From assembly GCA_963789955.1 (NCBI GenBank), contig CAWBMV010000015.1, positions 160,001-224,000 of the forward strand: a stretch of DNA of 64,000 nt, read 5' to 3'. The stretch is from an uncultured Candidatus Rokubacteria bacterium. Lineage in GTDB: Bacteria; Methylomirabilota; Methylomirabilia; Rokubacteriales; CSP1-6. A program made the position numbers and the translations under genes. Under the pieces are notes generated by a model, which searched no databases, was not told where the DNA came from, and worked only from the letters and a program-made list of their open reading frames with translations. Of the stretch, positions 41,015 through 50,912 are shown one piece after another; within the stretch, counting starts at the first letter, position 1; each line of letters starts with the position of its first letter.

Positions 41015-41539
41015 CTAGCCCGTTGCCGCCTGCGCGGACGGCTCACTGGCGACGCGTGTCAGCGGCCGCTTGATGCCCGCGCGATTGACCCAGTACGAGC
41101 AGACCTGGGCGTGCGCGGTGACCACCGTGGTGAGATCGCTCCCGCAGAGCGGGCAGGGGAACATGCCGGGCTCCGAGCGCGAGATCCAGCCGAGCCGGTA
41201 CGTGTTCTGGCATCTCTGGCAGGGAACGATGTGCTGGCTGCAGCACAGGAACAGGATCGCCTTCGAGTCCGGATCGTCGAAATCGACCTTCGCCGTGGTG
41301 CGGGGAACCGCGATCCACCGATCGACCTTCAGCTCCGCGTCTCCGTCGAGCCGGGTTCGTCGATCGCCACGGCGCCGATCGGGACGGTAGGCACCGTCCG
41401 TCGCGCGCCGGTCCTTGATCCGGCGGTCGACGATCACCTCGACCGTCGCGTCATCCGCGAACGTGTGGCTCAGCGACCGACACGCATCCTCTCCACTTCT
41501 CGGGACCACGATCAGGATCGAGCGCCCACCGTCGTGCAT
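41015..41539 (-). CDS. Hypothetical protein: Arg-rich DRR domain plus Cys/His zinc-finger-like domain
   Basis: VEVIVDRRIKDRR...DRRRGDRR; CCSQH..PCQRC...CPLC...H...C; AAGGAG RBS. Confidence 0.7.
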   Translation of the reverse strand: MHDGGRSILIVVPRSGEDACRSLSHTFADDATVEVIVDRRIKDRRATDGAYRPDRRRGDRRTRLDGDAELKVDRWIAVPRTTAKVDFDDPDSKAILFLCCSQHIVPCQRCQNTYRLGWISRSEPGMFPCPLCGSDLTTVVTAHAQVCSYWVNRAGIKRPLTRVASEPSAQAATG

Positions 41540-41610
41540 GGCCTGACTCTCCTTAGGTGAGCACAAAGCTTACTCCGAAGGCGTCGGGAAACCAGCAAGA
41601 ACTATTGGCA

Positions 41611-41628
41611 GTTTTTACGAATAAAAAC
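41611..41628. promoter_or_regulatory. AT-rich palindrome, possible operator
   Basis: GTTTTTA-CGAA-TAAAAAC, flanked by TGGCA/TGCCA. Confidence 0.45.
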
Positions 41629-41678
41629 GAGGGGTTGCCAGGTTGTCGCGTGCGGCTCGGGCGAGAGCTGCGACGAGA

Positions 41679-42068
41679 CTATCTCGCCCAGGCGCGATAG
41701 ACCGTGCCGACCGCCGCGCGGAGCGCGGTGCGGACCGCATCGTTGTCCGCCTGCGGCTCGCCGAGTAGCACGATGAAACCCACGGGAGTGCTTCCGAGAA
41801 ATGCGGTGCCGCTCACGCTGGCGAACTGCGCCATCGGAAACGTGCCGCGTCGAAGCTGGGGACCGCGCAGCTCGAGCTCGCGTCCGAGCGTCGCGGCGAG
41901 CGCGGACAGCGGCTCCGCCTCGACTTCGCGCGGAAGATCGGCGGCGATCACGAGGCCGTCGGGCGCGACGACGAGTCCTCCCGTGATGTGCTCGAGCTTC
42001 ATGAGCTCCGCGAGCAGCGCGCGAAGGTCGCGTCCGAGCGCCGGGCGCGCGGCGACGGCGGTGCTCAC
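41679..42068 (-). CDS. Roadblock/LC7 (MglB/MglC-like) protein
   Basis: ITGGLVVAPDGLVIAADLP..VEAEPLSALAATL; start overlaps the upstream stop. Confidence 0.82.
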   Translation of the reverse strand: MSTAVAARPALGRDLRALLAELMKLEHITGGLVVAPDGLVIAADLPREVEAEPLSALAATLGRELELRGPQLRRGTFPMAQFASVSGTAFLGSTPVGFIVLLGEPQADNDAVRTALRAAVGTVYRAWAR

Positions 42069-42942
42069 GCGAGCTCCGAGCGGCAGCTGCCCCACACACG
42101 CTCCAGGTGGGAGACCGCGGTCGCGGCCGTCACGTCGCGATCGAACGCCAAGGTGAGCAGCGCCGCGTCATCGGTGCGGAGGTACGTCGTCTCCGCGGCG
42201 CCCTCGATCACCGCGTGGCGCAGCGGACCGAATCCGGCTCGCGCGAGTACCGCGGTCGCGATGCGCGCGAGCTTCACCGCGCGGGCGGCGACCGCTTCGG
42301 TCCGAGGTCCGCGCGGCTCGGCGAAGACGAGGGTCGCGTCCGGTCGCATGAACAGTGCTTCGCGGCTTTCGGTCGGCAGCTGCAGACGATCGGCGGGTGT
42401 CGCAGCCTTCGCCGCCGGCGCCTGCGTCGCGGCCGGTGTCGTTGGCCGTCGTCACCGCCGGGATCCTCGCCGGTGTCGCGATCGGTATCGCCGCCGGCAC
42501 GACCACCGGTGTCGCCGCGCGCTTGGGGTCGGCGCTCGGCGCCAGATCTCGCGTGACATCCAGGAGGGCGCGTGCCTCGGGAAAGTCGGGATAGCGCGCC
42601 AGCGCTCGCGAAAGCAGGTCACGACAGGTCTTCGCCTCACCGTCCTCGAGCGCGAGGCGCGCAAGCCCCAGCAGGGCTCGGGGTTGAGTCGGCTCGAGCG
42701 CGAGAACTCGCTCGAACGATGTCCGCGCCTGGCCGCTTTCACGCAGGGTCATGTGGAGCGAGCCCGGCGAGCAGGTGGCCGACGACGCTGCCGGGCTCCC
42801 GGATCAACGCGTCCGCCACGAGCTCGGCCGCGTCCTCGAAGCGCCCTTCGTCCCGGAGGCGTTGCGCCTGTCGGAACATCTGGGCGCTCGTCGGCTGCCG
42901 CCGCCTGCCCCCGAGCCGGTGCCAGATCCGCGCGAAGACCAT
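42065..42942 (-). CDS. TPR protein with C-terminal roadblock-like domain, frameshifts near 42760 and 42410
   Basis: TPR helices (ARTSFERVLALEPTQPRALLGLARL, ALARYPDFPEA); C-term ALFMRPDATLVFA...GFGPLRHAVIEGAAETTYLR. Confidence 0.68.
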
Positions 42943-43050
42943 GACGCATTCTCAGACTTTCAAAATCTTCGCCACGTGGCTTTGACGCGCCTTCGCGCCT
43001 GCCCTGTCGCGTGCTTGACGAAGACGAGTCACCCTGGCACGACACGCCAT

Positions 43051-43085
43051 TGACAGAAGTTGTCATCGAAACGGACCAGTTGTCA
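43051..43085. promoter_or_regulatory. Operator-like site in the divergent promoter of the chemosensory/Mgl locus
   Basis: TGACA-N5-TGTCA palindrome (43051-43065); AGTTGTCA repeated 20 bp apart. Confidence 0.5.
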
Positions 43086-43238
43086 CGAAGGCCGGTTCGC
43101 GCGGGCGCCAAGTCGCCTTACTGCCGCGTTTGTTCGAGCGTAAAGCCGCGCCCCACCGACGCTCGCGCTGGCAGATGGGTTGCACCGAGGCACATATGGC
43201 GGACACGCCGGCAGAACGCCACGGGAGGCCTGCGTCTG

Positions 43239-43601
43239 ATGCCCAAGGTGATGGTGGTCGACGACGCCTATTCGGAGCTTCAGGTCATGGAGACCATTCT
43301 CCGGTCGGCCGGGTACGACGTCCTGACCTACCTGGACGGAGACCAGCTGGAGGAGAAGATCGTCAAGGAGCGGCCCGACGTCGTGCTGCTCGACATCGTG
43401 ATGCCCAAGCGCAACGGCTTCGACGCGCTTCGCGGCGTACGCCGGGACGAGCGCACCAAGCAGGCGCGCGTGATCGTGGTGAGCTCGAAGAACCAGGACA
43501 GCGACCGCGTCTGGGGCATGCGGCAAGGCGCGGACGAGTACCTCGCGAAACCCTTCACTCCCGATCAGCTGCTGGCGCTCGTCCGGCGGTTCCTCCGATG
43601 A
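43239..43601 (+). CDS. Single-domain response regulator, PilH-like CheY
   Basis: VVDD, LLDIVMP, SSKNQDSDRVWGMRQGADEYLAKP (PilH-type motif). Confidence 0.9.
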   Translation: MPKVMVVDDAYSELQVMETILRSAGYDVLTYLDGDQLEEKIVKERPDVVLLDIVMPKRNGFDALRGVRRDERTKQARVIVVSSKNQDSDRVWGMRQGADEYLAKPFTPDQLLALVRRFLR

Positions 43602-44062
43602 CGACGAGCCTGCTCGACCCCGCGGCGGTCCGGGCGTGCGTGTTCGCGCTCGCCGGTCAGCCGTTCGCGATCGACGTCACCCAGGTGCGGGAGGTGGCGA
43701 TCTTCGAGGAGTGGACCACGGTGCCGCTGGCGCCGCCGCATCTCGTGGGTGTCGCCAATCTACGCGGCGACGTCGTGCCGATCGCGGACGCCCGGGCCGT
43801 GCTCGGGCTTGCGGCGCGCCGGGGCGCGCGCAAGGTGTCGACCTTGATCGTGGAGGCCGAGGGATTCGAGGTGGCGCTCGTCATCGACGGCGACGTCAGC
43901 CTCGAGGCCTTCGGCGGCATCGTGACCCTCGACGAGTCGAGCCCGCAGCCGCACGCGCGGTGGGCGCTCGGCTTCTTGCCGGATGGCGAGCGGCTCGTCC
44001 CGCTGCTCGATCCGGGTCGGCTTCTGCGCGCGCTGAGAGAAGCGCAGCGGGAGGAGGAATGA
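43598..44062 (+). CDS. cheW: CheW (PilI-like) adaptor
   Basis: FAIDVTQVREV, VPLAPPHLVGVANLRGDVVPI. Confidence 0.92.
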   Translation: MTTSLLDPAAVRACVFALAGQPFAIDVTQVREVAIFEEWTTVPLAPPHLVGVANLRGDVVPIADARAVLGLAARRGARKVSTLIVEAEGFEVALVIDGDVSLEAFGGIVTLDESSPQPHARWALGFLPDGERLVPLLDPGRLLRALREAQREEE

Positions 44063-44079
44063 ATGACGAGGAGGGCGGC

Positions 44080-45385
44080 ATGACGATGAAGCGGCGGACG
44101 GTGCTCAAGGTGCTCTCCGGGGCCGTGGCGGGCAGGCGTTCTCGGCCGGAACCAGCGAGCCTGGGGCCAGACGCCCGTCTCCAAGGTCGTCGATCTGCGC
44201 GGCACGCCCGGGGTGAGCGCCCGGGACATCAAGATCGGGATGAGCGCCGCGTTCAAGGGCTCCTCGGCCGGCCTCGGCATCGAGCTCTACCGCGGCGCGC
44301 TGGCCTACTACTCCGAGGTCAACCAGCGCGGCGGCATCCACGGCCGCTCGATCTCGGTCGTGGCGCTCGACGACGGCTACGAGCCGACGCCGTGCATCAA
44401 GAACACGATCGACCTCGTCGAGCGCGAGCAGGTGTTCTTCCTCTCGAACTACGTCGGCACGCCGACCCTCACGCGCGCCCTGCCGGTGATCAAGCGCTAC
44501 GCCGACCGCCAGGTGATCCTCGTCGGCAACTTTACCGGCGCTCAGCCGCAGCGCGAAGAGCCCTACCTCGACCAGGTGTTCAACATCCGCGCCTCCTACC
44601 GCCAGGAAATGATGGCGCTGGTCGAGCGGCTCTGGCAGACGGGTGTCCGCAAGTTCGGCGTCTACTATCAGATCGACGCCTACGGGCGCAGCGGCACCGA
44701 CGGCGTCGCGCGCGGCCTCGCGCAGCGCGGGGCGCGCATCGCCGCCGAGGCCACCTACGTCCGCGGCGCCACGTTCGAGGATGACATGACTCCGGCCGTG
44801 CAGGCCCTCCGGCAGGCCGGCGTCGAGGCGGTCCTGTGCACGGGCGCCTATCAGGGCTGCGGCGCGTTCATCCGGACGGCGCGCGATCACGGTTGGGCCG
44901 TACCCATCTCGAACGTATCGTTCGTCGGCTCCGAGGCGATGCTGAGCCTTCTCATGCGCCACGGGCAAGCGAGCGGGCGTGACTACACGCAGGCGCTCGT
45001 CAACTCGCAGGTGGTGCCGAGCTACGACGACGTGAGCCTGCCCGGCGTCGTGGAGTACCGCACGCTGATGGAGAAGCACAACCCGCAGGTGCCGGACGCG
45101 CTGCGCGACGCCAAGCAGGCGCCCGAGCAGCTGAGCTTCCGAAGCCTCGAGGGCTTCGTCAACGCCCGCGTGATCGTCGAGGGCCTGCGCCGCACCGGGC
45201 CGAACCCGACGCGCACGGCCTTTCGGCAGGCGCTGGAAACGCTCAAGAACTTCGACCTCGGTATCGGAGCGCCTCTCACGTTCGGACCGGAACGACATCA
45301 GGGACTCGACAACGTGTACTTCACCAGAGTGGTGAACGGTCGATGGGCCCCCATTACAGACTGGGCGGCGGCGGTGAAAGCATGA
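44080..45385 (+). CDS. Tat-exported periplasmic ligand-binding protein (LivJ-like type I fold), frameshift near 44135
   Basis: [10 protein letters not shown] signal; [41 protein letters not shown]. Confidence 0.85.
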
Positions 45386-47154
45386 GCAAGCGAACCGTTC
45401 GACTCGGCCTGCTCGGAAAGATCATCCTGTTCCTGACGGTGACCCTCGTGCCGCTGGCGGCGATCACCTGGTGGATCTCGATCCGCGCCTTGACCACGAA
45501 CCTGACGGACGAGTTCACCTCGAAGGGGACCGCGATCGCCAAGAGCCTAGCGAGCTCGGGCGTCGATCTGCTGCTGACGCGCGATGCGTCGACGGTGCAG
45601 GCGATCGTCGACCAGTTCGCCGCCATCAACGGCGTCAAGTACGTCATCGTGTACGACCCGCAGAAGACGCTCGTGGCCCACACCTTCTCGCCGCTGGTGC
45701 CGGCCGGCATCGTCGAGCGAAACCTGGTGCCGGGCGAGGTGGCGCAACAGGTTCGGGACGTCGCGTACGCCGATCCGGTCACCGGTGTCGTCCAGCAGAT
45801 CATCGACATCGGCGTGCCGGTGCTGGCGGGCCAGCTCGGAACGGTGCGCGTGGGGATGGACCGCTCGATCATCACCGCGGCGGCCGCCAGGTCCGGCCAG
45901 AACCTGCTGCTCGTATTCGGCGGCGTCGCGCTGCTGGCGGTCCTCGCCGGCGCGGTCTTCGCCCACCAGATCACCAAGCCGGTCATCCAGGTCGTCAAGG
46001 TCGCCGAGCGAGTCGGACAGGGCGACCTCTCGAGGCTGGTCACCGTGAAGTCGCACGACGAGATCGGGCAGCTCGCCGCCACGTTCAACGACACCGTGGT
46101 GCGCCTGCGTGCCCTGGTCCAGACCGAGACGGAGCGCGACGAAGAGAAGCGCAAGCGTGAGGAGCTGCAGCGCAACATCACGCGCTTCCTCGACACCGCC
46201 ACCGAGATCGCGCAGGGCGACCTGACCAAGCGCGGTCAGGTGACGTCCGACGTGCTCGGCAGCGTGGTCGACGCGATCAACGTGATGGTCGGCGAGCTGG
46301 CGACCATCATCAACGACGTGCGCGACACCGCGCAGCAGGTCCTGACGAGCGCGACCGAGATGATCGGCGCCATGGAGTCGACGGCCGGCGGCGCCCAGAC
46401 GCAGTCGCGTGAAGCGGTGGGCGTGAGCGACGCCATGGAAGGCCTGAGCCGCTCGATGCGGCGGGTCGCCGAGAACGCGGAAGCCTCCGCGGCGGCCGCG
46501 AAGCTGACGCTCGACTCCGCCACCAAGGGCGAGCACGCGGTGCGCGCCAGCCTCGCCGGCATGCAGCGCATCCGGGGCGAGGTGCAGGGCATCTCGAAGA
46601 AGGTCAAGAGCCTGGCCGATCGCTCGCTCGAAATCTCCGAGATCGTGAACACGATCGAGGACATCGCCTCGCAGACGAATCTGTTGGCGCTCAACGCCGC
46701 CATCGAGGCGGCGGGCGCCGGCGAGTCCGGCCTGCGGTTCGCGGTCGTCGCCGAAGAGGTTCGCAAGCTGGCCGAACGCTCCGGCAAGGCGGCCAAGGAC
46801 ATCGTCGTGCTGATCAAGTCGGTGCAGGCCGAGACGCAGCAGGCGGTCGTCGCGATGGAAGAGGGTACCCGTGAAGTCGAAGCCGGCTTCAAGGTCACGG
46901 TCGAGGCCGGCGAGCGCCTGCATCAGATCGGCGAGATCTCCCAGAAGTCCGCCGCGCTGGCCATCGAGATCTCGGAGGCGACGCAGGACCAGGTGCGAGG
47001 CGTCGAGGGCGGCGCGGTCGCGGTCCAGTCGATCGCGGGCGTGGCGGTCGAGACCGAGAAGGCGGTTCTCGAGACGCGCAAGACGATGGACCAGATGGTC
47101 CGGGTGGCCGAGGCGCTCACGGCGAGCCTCGCGCGCTTCAAGCTGGCCACCTAG
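45382..47154 (+). CDS. Methyl-accepting chemotaxis protein, PilJ-like
   Basis: Two TMs, periplasmic domain, [28 protein letters not shown], tip [17 protein letters not shown]. Confidence 0.95.
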   Translation: MSKRTVRLGLLGKIILFLTVTLVPLAAITWWISIRALTTNLTDEFTSKGTAIAKSLASSGVDLLLTRDASTVQAIVDQFAAINGVKYVIVYDPQKTLVAHTFSPLVPAGIVERNLVPGEVAQQVRDVAYADPVTGVVQQIIDIGVPVLAGQLGTVRVGMDRSIITAAAARSGQNLLLVFGGVALLAVLAGAVFAHQITKPVIQVVKVAERVGQGDLSRLVTVKSHDEIGQLAATFNDTVVRLRALVQTETERDEEKRKREELQRNITRFLDTATEIAQGDLTKRGQVTSDVLGSVVDAINVMVGELATIINDVRDTAQQVLTSATEMIGAMESTAGGAQTQSREAVGVSDAMEGLSRSMRRVAENAEASAAAAKLTLDSATKGEHAVRASLAGMQRIRGEVQGISKKVKSLADRSLEISEIVNTIEDIASQTNLLALNAAIEAAGAGESGLRFAVVAEEVRKLAERSGKAAKDIVVLIKSVQAETQQAVVAMEEGTREVEAGFKVTVEAGERLHQIGEISQKSAALAIEISEATQDQVRGVEGGAVAVQSIAGVAVETEKAVLETRKTMDQMVRVAEALTASLARFKLAT

Positions 47155-47181
47155 GCGCTCGATCGACTGGAGGCGGGTTGC

Positions 47182-50104
47182 GTGGCTGACGGCGATCGGC
47201 AGTTTCTCCTGAGTGTCTTCCTGATGGAGGCGTGGGATACCCTCGCCGCCGTCGAGGAGGGCCTCGCCACGCTCCGCACTACGTCGGATCCGACCGCGGT
47301 GGTCGAGCATCTGGCGGTCGTGACCCACCGGCTCCGTGGCTCGGCGGCTCTCAGCGGATTTCCACAGGTCGCGGGCCTGGCCACCGCCATGGAGGAGGCG
47401 GTCGAGCGAGTGGCCGCCACGCCCGCGGACGGCGACCGCCGCTCGCTGGGGGCGCTCGCCGACATGGTGTTCTGGCTCAAGACGGCGCTCGACGTCATCG
47501 GCGAGACGGGTGTCGAGGACGCCGAGGCCATCGCGGAATCGCTCGCGGGTCTGGCCACGTCGACGCCGCGCGTGCCGCGTGACGAAACGTCGCGGCGGCT
47601 CGCCGAGCTCGACCGGTTCTTTACCGACCAGGCGGACGTCCTCGAATACTTCGTCCCGGAGGCCATCGAGCACCTCGAAGCGATGGCGCAGTCGCTGATC
47701 GCGCTGGAAGGCGAGGGCTCGACCGAATCGGAGATCGCCGGGCTGTTCCGCGCGGTCCACACGCTCAAGGGCGCCGCCTACACCGTCGGCTGCGGAATGA
47801 TCGGCGACCTCGCCCACCGGGTCGAAGACATGCTCGGCGAGGTTCGTGAGCGCCAGCGCCCGCTCGATCGCGCCGCGATCGAGACCGTGTTCGCCGGCCT
47901 CGATGCGCTGCGGCTTCTCGTGCGAAGCGGTGAGGATCGCGCCGATACGCGCGCCGCCGCCTACGAGCACGCGATGGCGCTGCTCGACGCCTTGCCGGCC
48001 ATCGGCGCGCCGAGCGCGCAGATGGCGCCGCAGCAGAGCGTCGAGGCGGCCGTCGCACAGATCGCCGCCGCCACGGCGGACGCCGTCGCGCCGAGCCAGC
48101 CGGCGGTGGCGGAGACTCCCCAGCGCCTGGATCCAGTCGTCGCTGCCGAACGCCTCGCCGGCGCGACCGAGCGCGTCGAACCGGCTACGCGCGGTCCGGA
48201 GCGCCGGTCTTCTCGCGACGCCGCCGCCCGCAGGGTGCGCCCGAGCATCCGCGTCAGCCTCGATCGGCTCGACGCGCTGATGAATCTCGTCGGCGAGCTG
48301 GTGATCACGCGAAGTCGTCTCGAGCGTCATCTGGGTCAGCTCGAGCAGGCCGGTGAGCTCCTGTCGTTTACCCAGTCACGCATGACCCAGACCGTCGCCG
48401 AGTTCGAGTCGAAGTACGCCGACCGGATGGTGCCGCCGGTCCGGCCCCAGGGCGGCGGCTCGCTCGAGCCGGGGGTCTCTCCGCTGGGAGAGTTCTTCGA
48501 CGAGCTCGAGTTCGACCGCTACGACGATTTCAATCTGCTGGCCCGACGCGTCGGCGAGATCTCGAGCGACCTCACGGAGATCCAGCACGAGCTGACCGGG
48601 CTGGTGCGAGTCGTCCGCGAGGACGCCGGCGGCGTGCAGCGGCTCAGCGGCGAGCTGCGCGGCCAGATCACGCGCGCCCGCATGGTGCCCGTCGGCCGTC
48701 TGTTCGCGCCGTTCGTGCGGATGGTCCGGGACGGCTCGCGGGCGGCCGGCAAGAGCGTCGTGCTCGAGGTCCGGGGTGAGACCGTCGAGCTGGACACCAC
48801 GATCGTCGAGCTGATGGCCGATCCGCTGATCCACCTCGTCCGGAACGCCATCGCCCACGGCATCGAGCCGGAAGAGGTGCGCCGCCGCGAGGGCAAGGCG
48901 CCGCAGGGCACGATCCATCTGGGCGCCGCGCACAAGGGCGGCTCGATCTACATCGAGGTGGCCGACGACGGTCGCGGCATCGACGTGGAAGCGGTCGGTG
49001 AGGCGGCGCGGCGTGGCGGATTCGTCACGGCGGAGACGCTCGCGCGTCTCGGCGAGCGCGACATCCTCGATCTGATCTTCCTCCCCGGCCTGACGACCGC
49101 GAGCTCGGTGACGACGGCCGCGGGCCGTGGCGTCGGCATGGACGTCGTGCGCACGAACATCAGCCGTCTCGGCGGCGAGATCGAGGTCCAGACCGAGGCG
49201 GGCCGTGGGACGCGCTTCCGGATTCGGCTGCCGCTGACCGTCGCCATCTCCGATGCGCTCATGGTGAACGTCGGCGCCCAGACCCTGGCGATCCCCGTGC
49301 CGTCCGTGAAGGGCGCGATCAACCTGCGAGCCCGAGGACGTCCGCACCGTCGACGGCGTGGAGTCGGTCGAGATCGAGGGCGAGAGCGTCGACCTCGTGC
49401 GCCTCGACCGCGTGCTGCAGATGCCGGCGCGCGCCGCGGGCGGCTCGCTGTCGATCGTCACGCTGAGAACCGGGCGCAAGACCCTGGCGGTGGTCGTGGA
49501 CGAGTTCCTGAACAAGGAAGAGATCGTCATCAAGAACCTCGGCGCATTCCTCCAGGGCATCGGACCCTTCTCGGGCGCGACCGTCACGGGACAGGGGCGC
49601 GTCATCTTGCTGCTCGACTCGATGAAGCTCCTCGAGATGAGCACCGCCGGGCCCTGGCCGCGCACGGCCGAGATCCGCCGCGAGCCCGAGGCGGTGGCGG
49701 CGCCGGCGTCCGACGCGAGGCGTCGCGTTCTGCTCGTCGACGACTCGGTCAGCGTGCGGAAATTCGTCGGCGGCATGCTCGAGCGCGCGGGCTTCCACGT
49801 CGTCGCGGCGCGAGACGGCGCCGAGGCGCTCCAGCAGCTGGCCGAGCAGTCGGTCGACGTCATCGTCACCGACCTGGAAATGCCGCGCCTCAACGGCTAC
49901 GAGCTGATCCGCGGCCTCAATCGCGAGCCGACCACGTGCGACCTGCCGGTGGTCGTCCTCACCACGCGCGCCGGCGCCAAGCACGTGAACCTCGCGCGCG
50001 AGCTGGGCGTGGAGCACTACGTCGCCAAGCCCGTCGACGAGGCGAGCTTCGTCCAGTTGATCGAGTCGCTCGCCGTCGCGGCGCCGGCGCGGGCGGGAGC
50101 CTGA
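47182..50104 (+). CDS. cheA: CheA/ChpA-like hybrid kinase (2 Hpt, dimerisation, HATPase, CheW, REC), frameshift near 49325
   Basis: HRLRGSA, HTLKGAA, LMNLVGELVI, ELEFDRYDDF, HLVRNAIAHGIE, GRGVGMDVV; REC TDLEMP..LTTRAGAKH. Confidence 0.93.
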
Positions 50105-50111
50105 GGCGCCG

Positions 50112-50900
50112 ATGCCGCGCGTCATCCTGATCGACCCGGATCGTACGGCGCTCGCGGCGCTGCAGGCCGCGCTCGGACAGGCGGGCTTCAGTGATGTGCT
50201 CGCCGTGACCAGCGGCTCCTTCGCGCTCACGATGCTCGAGCGGAATCGGCCCGACCTCATCGTGAGCCGTGTGGGCGTGCCCGACATCGACGGCTACGAG
50301 CTGTGCTCGATCGTCCGCAAGGACCCCTTGATGACCGGCGTGCTGTTCCTCCTGCTGGCGAGTCCGGGTGACGAGGCGGCCGCGACCATGCTCGAGGACA
50401 AGCCGGATCAGACGCTCGCGGGCGACTTGCCGCTGACCGCGATCGTCTCCGAGGTGGCCACCCTGCTCGGACGCGGCAAGGCGGCGGCGCCGGTCCCGAC
50501 ACAGGAGCCGATCGCTCCGGCCGCGCAGCCCGACGGGGCTCACGGTCTGCGGGGGTCGCTGACCGTGATGGAGCTTCCGGACATCACCCAGGCGATCGCG
50601 CTCGGCGGCAAGACCGGCCAGCTCGTCGTGACTCTGTCGGCGGGGCGCGGCTCCGTGTTCTTCGATCGCGGCCGGGTCGTGCACTCGGAATTCTTCGGAC
50701 TCATCGGCGAGACGGCCTTCCAGGCGCTCCTGGTCGCCGCGCACGGTGAGGCGAACGGCAGCTTCGCGTTCAACCCGCTGGACGCGGCGGCGGCCAACGG
50801 CGTGAAGACGATCCACCGGGATCTGAAGCAGCTTCTACTGAGCGCCGCGGCTGGGATCGACGAGGGCCGCGCAGACGCGGCCGTGGCACCCATCGCCTAG
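50112..50900 (+). CDS. Degenerate receiver + DUF4388 (PATAN-like) protein
   Basis: REC fold with LIVSRV at the phospho-Asp position; LRGSLTVMELPDITQAIALGGKTGQL...FFDRGRVVHS...GSFAF. Confidence 0.8.
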   Translation: MPRVILIDPDRTALAALQAALGQAGFSDVLAVTSGSFALTMLERNRPDLIVSRVGVPDIDGYELCSIVRKDPLMTGVLFLLLASPGDEAAATMLEDKPDQTLAGDLPLTAIVSEVATLLGRGKAAAPVPTQEPIAPAAQPDGAHGLRGSLTVMELPDITQAIALGGKTGQLVVTLSAGRGSVFFDRGRVVHSEFFGLIGETAFQALLVAAHGEANGSFAFNPLDAAAANGVKTIHRDLKQLLLSAAAGIDEGRADAAVAPIA

Positions 50901-50912
50901 GAGGGCGAGCTG

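Noticed and set aside
43034..43050. Sigma54 promoter (TGGCAC) upstream of the che operon
   Set aside because: No TTGC at the required -12 spacing.
45547..48330. Long antisense or alternative-frame ORFs (for example 927, 896, 814, 777 and 746 aa)
   Set aside because: Shadows of real genes caused by stop-codon scarcity at high GC; Arg/Ala/Gly-rich and without motifs, except where they pick up fragments of frameshifted real genes.
49300..49360. Programmed frameshift yielding CheA with or without CheW-REC
   Set aside because: No slippery heptamer is evident, and similar indels occur throughout the window.
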